DNA of 32,002 nt, from the NCBI GenBank assembly GCA_963934255.1, contig CAWVXU010000023.1, positions 1 through 32,002 on the forward strand, in the 5' to 3' direction. Of this stretch, positions 28,546 to 32,002 are shown piece by piece (the first letter of the stretch is position 1; each line of letters opens with the position of its first letter). The position numbers and the translations under genes are program-made. Source of the stretch: an uncultured Fibrobacterales bacterium. GTDB lineage: Bacteria; Fibrobacterota; Fibrobacteria; Fibrobacterales; CAWVXU01. A model generated the notes under the pieces. The model made no database searches and was not told where the DNA came from. It was given only the letters and a program-made list of their open reading frames with translations.

Positions 28546-28580
28546 GTCATGATAATATCTAGAGGTTGGGTCTTTATTAA

Positions 28581-29438
28581 CTATGCTGCAGGGCGAAACT
28601 CGCGTCCAACACCTAAGTCACGTAATTGTGCAAGGGCCTTTTCTTTGACCTGACGCACACGCTCTTTAGAAAGTCCAATCATTTTACCAATCTCTTGCAA
28701 GTTCATGGTGAATGAAGATCCTATGCCATAGTAGTATTTGATTACTTCTTGTTGTTGAGCGTCTAGTTGATCCATAGAAGCTTTGATATAATCTTTCATT
28801 GATTTGGCTTCTGTGTATTGGTCAGTAGAAGCGTCATCAGCTGGAGTCAGTTCAAGTAAAGTTGACTGGCCTTCTTCACCGACCGGTGCATCTAGTGACG
28901 CATGACGTTGACCCATTTTAAGGATATTAGCGACTTGCTTTTCATTGAAATCAGTGTTCTGAGCAATCTCTTCGTGGTCAAGAGTATATTGCCCACCGAT
29001 GGTTTGAACCAAACGAGTAGACTTTTTATTTAAGCGACGAAGTACAAGTTCTTTTTCAGCCGAGATACGAACACAGCGAGCTTTCTCAGCGATAGCACGA
29101 GTGATTGACTGACGGACCCACCAAACGGCATACGAGATAAACTTGACCGGTTGCTTGTGGTCAAAACGACGAGCAGCTTCTATGAGCCCCAAGTTACCCT
29201 CGTTAATCAATTCATTAACTACAAGTCCTTGGTTTTTATACATAAAGGCGATGTTGATCACAAATTTCAAATTCGAGACCACCAATTTATCCATGGCATG
29301 TTTATTACCTTGACTTGCTAGTTCAAGAAGGGACTTCTCTTCTGCATGTTCTAATAGTGGGTGCTTGTTCACTTCTTTAATGTACTGGTTATAAATTGTG
29401 TTCTCATCCCAGTCTATACGAGTAGTTGCTGTAGCCAT
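28581..29438 (-). CDS. RNA polymerase sigma-70 factor, RpoD/RpoS-like (copy 2)
   Basis: Same motifs as copy 1, ~38/285 aa differences. ATG at 29438 has an AAGGA RBS; the ORF track starts at TTG 29459. Confidence 0.95.
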   Translation of the reverse strand: MATATTRIDWDENTIYNQYIKEVNKHPLLEHAEEKSLLELASQGNKHAMDKLVVSNLKFVINIAFMYKNQGLVVNELINEGNLGLIEAARRFDHKQPVKFISYAVWWVRQSITRAIAEKARCVRISAEKELVLRRLNKKSTRLVQTIGGQYTLDHEEIAQNTDFNEKQVANILKMGQRHASLDAPVGEEGQSTLLELTPADDASTDQYTEAKSMKDYIKASMDQLDAQQQEVIKYYYGIGSSFTMNLQEIGKMIGLSKERVRQVKEKALAQLRDLGVGREFRPAA

Positions 29439-29516
29439 CTTAAGTTCCTTTGTTTGCAAAGATTATTGCTTGTGCGTTTTCTTATAGATATAAGTTATCT
29501 CTTTATGGGATAGCCA

Positions 29517-29568
29517 TTGTCATAGGTTTGTCACAGCGAGGCAAAAGAGATGTCGCGGTTTTGTGGCA
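29517..29568. promoter_or_regulatory. 11-bp-periodic direct-repeat operator upstream of sigma copy 2
   Basis: TGTCAT 29518, TGTCAC 29529, TGTCGC 29551, TGTGGC 29562. Confidence 0.65.
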
Positions 29569-29735
29569 TTTTGGACTAGGAGTTGTTTAAGAACGATAAA
29601 GGGTGAAATACATTGTCCAAAGCAACATACTCATAGCTTTAGTTTATCAAAGAAGTTTTGCATTTTAAATAATATACCCTTGACTCCATCCCTCAAAAGT
29701 GATTAAATTCAATAAAAATTGAGAGGGAGACTCCA

Positions 29736-31286
29736 ATGCAGTTTTATAAAAAGATGAGTTTAGTCGGCATTGCCAGTTTAGCGATGACACTTGGGGCTTG
29801 TGGTATAATAGAAGACACTCAAGATTCACTTGAGCAAAAAGTAAGTGAGCTAGAGGGGGCAATCAACTCTACCCTAGCAGATGCTAAAAGGGACGCCAAT
29901 GGTTTATTAGAAGACGCATCACTTCGAGACAGTGCCCTGTCTCGTCTAAAAGATATTCTCCCCGATAGTTTGGCGGTCTCTTCAGTGCTGGAAGGCGGTG
30001 ACTCAGAAGATGGATACTTGACCAAAATTTCTCGACTGGATTCGGTACTCAGTCGTGCCTCAAGGGAGACCGATCCCATTAAAGGCATACAAGGTTGTAT
30101 GAGAGCATTGCCTCGAAATCTCAATCAGATGAATTCACCTAGCTGTTATGGCCCATCACTTGATTACAATCCAGACAATCACCCCGACAATAATGGTGGA
30201 GGTGGAACAAGTCCTGGTAACCAAAATATGTTACCGGGTGGAGACCTAGGTATTTGGGATGCCAATGCTCAAAATGGACAAGCTTGCGCGGCTGCTAAAT
30301 TAAATCAACTCAGTCGCAATGCTTCTAAGTATTCAGATCTAGCTACCGGCTCGATGGCCATGATGGTCTGTGTCGCGGCTTTTGCCGGGGATACTTTACC
30401 GGGCCCAGGTGAGACTTTAGATATATCCAATTTACTAGCTCAACTAGAAAGCAAAGCTCAGTTTAGCCTGCAAGGGATGAACCTAAGCCAAGCCAAGGTG
30501 ACCAACTTAGAGGGTAGCTTCAAAATATCTCTTGAGGGGACTTATAGAGAGCAAAAATTTAGTGTCAACGCCACTCATAGTCCTACTGACAAAAAGGGTG
30601 TGATCTCAGTGGTGAGTGGTTCTGATCAGATCGACCAACCTCTGCAACCTCTGCAACCCAATAATGATTGTATGGGTGGATTTAGCGGAAGCAGCTGGAG
30701 AGTGGCAAGTTTAAAATATCAAAGATCCACTGACGGAATTGCTTATAGGATGATAAGCTCAGCTCAATCAAGTCAGAGCGAAGCCTTGGACGCTATTACA
30801 GCAAGTGGTGAAGTCTCTACAGATTGCAAAACCTTTGCAGGAGATTTAAATGTGGTACAGTCTGAGGCTGGAGTGAACGGTGGCTCCATGGGATTTGGTT
30901 GGCAAGCGGGTTCGGGTGATGGATTCTTGAGAGTATTTAACGCCACAACGAGGAGTGACGTGGGTACTGCATGGTTTGGTTATTCACCACACACAAGTGA
31001 ATCCATTAAGGACATGCTGACTATTGATAGGATGATTTGTAATTGGGCAGGTACCGGTAATGATAAAAATGGTCAGTCCGATTTACTTCAAATGCAAAAA
31101 ATGGAACGACTCAATGATCGTGAATGGACTGCAACAGAATCCAAAATAAACTATGCTCCGACTAATAGCTGTTCGATGGGTGGCGTGGCTCAAGCCGATG
31201 TTTTCCCAAGTATCACCTGGGACGTCTCTACTCACGGCCTTGCAACAAAAAGCGAGTATGACTTTGTGATGCCAACGGGGCCATAA
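29736..31286 (+). CDS. Hypothetical Cys/Gly-rich lipoprotein (516 aa)
   Basis: Lipobox TLGA-C; GAGGGAG RBS; N-terminal coiled coil followed by a beta-rich region with 8 further Cys. Confidence 0.8.
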   Translation: MQFYKKMSLVGIASLAMTLGACGIIEDTQDSLEQKVSELEGAINSTLADAKRDANGLLEDASLRDSALSRLKDILPDSLAVSSVLEGGDSEDGYLTKISRLDSVLSRASRETDPIKGIQGCMRALPRNLNQMNSPSCYGPSLDYNPDNHPDNNGGGGTSPGNQNMLPGGDLGIWDANAQNGQACAAAKLNQLSRNASKYSDLATGSMAMMVCVAAFAGDTLPGPGETLDISNLLAQLESKAQFSLQGMNLSQAKVTNLEGSFKISLEGTYREQKFSVNATHSPTDKKGVISVVSGSDQIDQPLQPLQPNNDCMGGFSGSSWRVASLKYQRSTDGIAYRMISSAQSSQSEALDAITASGEVSTDCKTFAGDLNVVQSEAGVNGGSMGFGWQAGSGDGFLRVFNATTRSDVGTAWFGYSPHTSESIKDMLTIDRMICNWAGTGNDKNGQSDLLQMQKMERLNDREWTATESKINYAPTNSCSMGGVAQADVFPSITWDVSTHGLATKSEYDFVMPTGP

Positions 31287-31339
31287 CGCAAAAGACGCAA
31301 GTCAAGTTGAATAAAGATTTTTCAATTTAATATTACTGA

Positions 31340-31365
31340 AAGGGCCGCTTGTATAAGCGGCCCTT
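31340..31365. terminator. Terminator hairpin between convergent lipoprotein genes
   Basis: AAGGGCCGCTT-GTAT-AAGCGGCCCTT. Confidence 0.75.
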
Positions 31366-31371
31366 GATGGT

Positions 31372-31965
31372 TTATTGTCTTATAAAATAGTTGTCGTCAA
31401 AACTACCTAGGTTAGAGTTTATCGCAGTTGAAATTTTTGAAATGTTTTTACCAAGAAGTAATTTATCATCATCTCTTATTTTAAGAGGAGTATTCAAAGT
31501 TTCAGTAATTTTATTTGGGCATATTGATTCATTGAAGAGGAAAACTTGAGTATTTAGTTGCCATTCATCATTGCCACAAAATACTTCATTGTTATAGCTT
31601 TCAACTGCTTCTTCAGCGTTTAAAGTAACATCGATGTCGTAATTAGAAAGTTCGGTTTCGTACTGGCTTGTCGTTGCATTATAAACGATGCCGTAGTTAC
31701 CCTGGGCTTGTGTAGTCGATTCTTTAGTTTGGCAGTCTGCTGAATATCTGGTATTGATGAGTGTAAAGGTCGAGTCTTTAAATTCAATACGACTTTTAAG
31801 TTGAGTTTCAATGGAACAATCACGAACCCAGTTCCCTTTTACATTTATTCCAAAGGCTTCGCCAAGTTCTCCAAACTCATCTTCAAGTAATTTTTCAAGT
31901 GGATTACTACAGCCCATCAAAAGTCCTGCAACTAAAATTATTTTGCCTAAAATTTTCTTTTTCAT
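31372..31965 (-). CDS. Hypothetical lipoprotein (197 aa, lipocalin-like GxW beta-rich)
   Basis: Lipobox LLMG-C; KGNWVRDC; four further Cys; AAAGGG RBS. Confidence 0.8.
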   Translation of the reverse strand: MKKKILGKIILVAGLLMGCSNPLEKLLEDEFGELGEAFGINVKGNWVRDCSIETQLKSRIEFKDSTFTLINTRYSADCQTKESTTQAQGNYGIVYNATTSQYETELSNYDIDVTLNAEEAVESYNNEVFCGNDEWQLNTQVFLFNESICPNKITETLNTPLKIRDDDKLLLGKNISKISTAINSNLGSFDDNYFIRQ

Positions 31966-32002
31966 TATTATACCCTTTCAAGATATCAGTTAATTCAGTT
32001 AA

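Overview
AT-rich bacterial chromosomal window, probably Fibrobacterota-like (inferred from the HU and RpoD-like sigma sequences; not verified). Left part: a cobalamin-riboswitch-controlled B12 uptake locus (TonB-dependent receptor, beta-propeller lipoprotein, PduO-type adenosyltransferase) interrupted by an antisense small secreted-protein gene. Housekeeping genes follow (HU, panE, YbiB/TrpD-like, esterase, TPR, SWIM-SNF2, PAS, cysE), then a scar of decayed genes (a large-ATPase fragment and a PspF-like activator pseudogene). The most notable structure is a duplicated sigma-70 module at 15.9-17.2 kb and 28.4-29.6 kb. Each copy keeps the sigma CDS (~87% aa identity by hand count), an upstream 11-bp-periodic TGTCA operator array and a ~120-nt structured non-coding element downstream, which is a candidate sigma-associated ncRNA. 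The two copies bracket ~11 kb of accessory genes: an FAD oxidoreductase, a VTT membrane protein, a GH16 lipoprotein and an operon of three different photolyase-family genes plus TIGR03643. Two uncharacterised lipoproteins end the window. No CRISPR array, tRNA, rRNA, transposase or integrase was seen.
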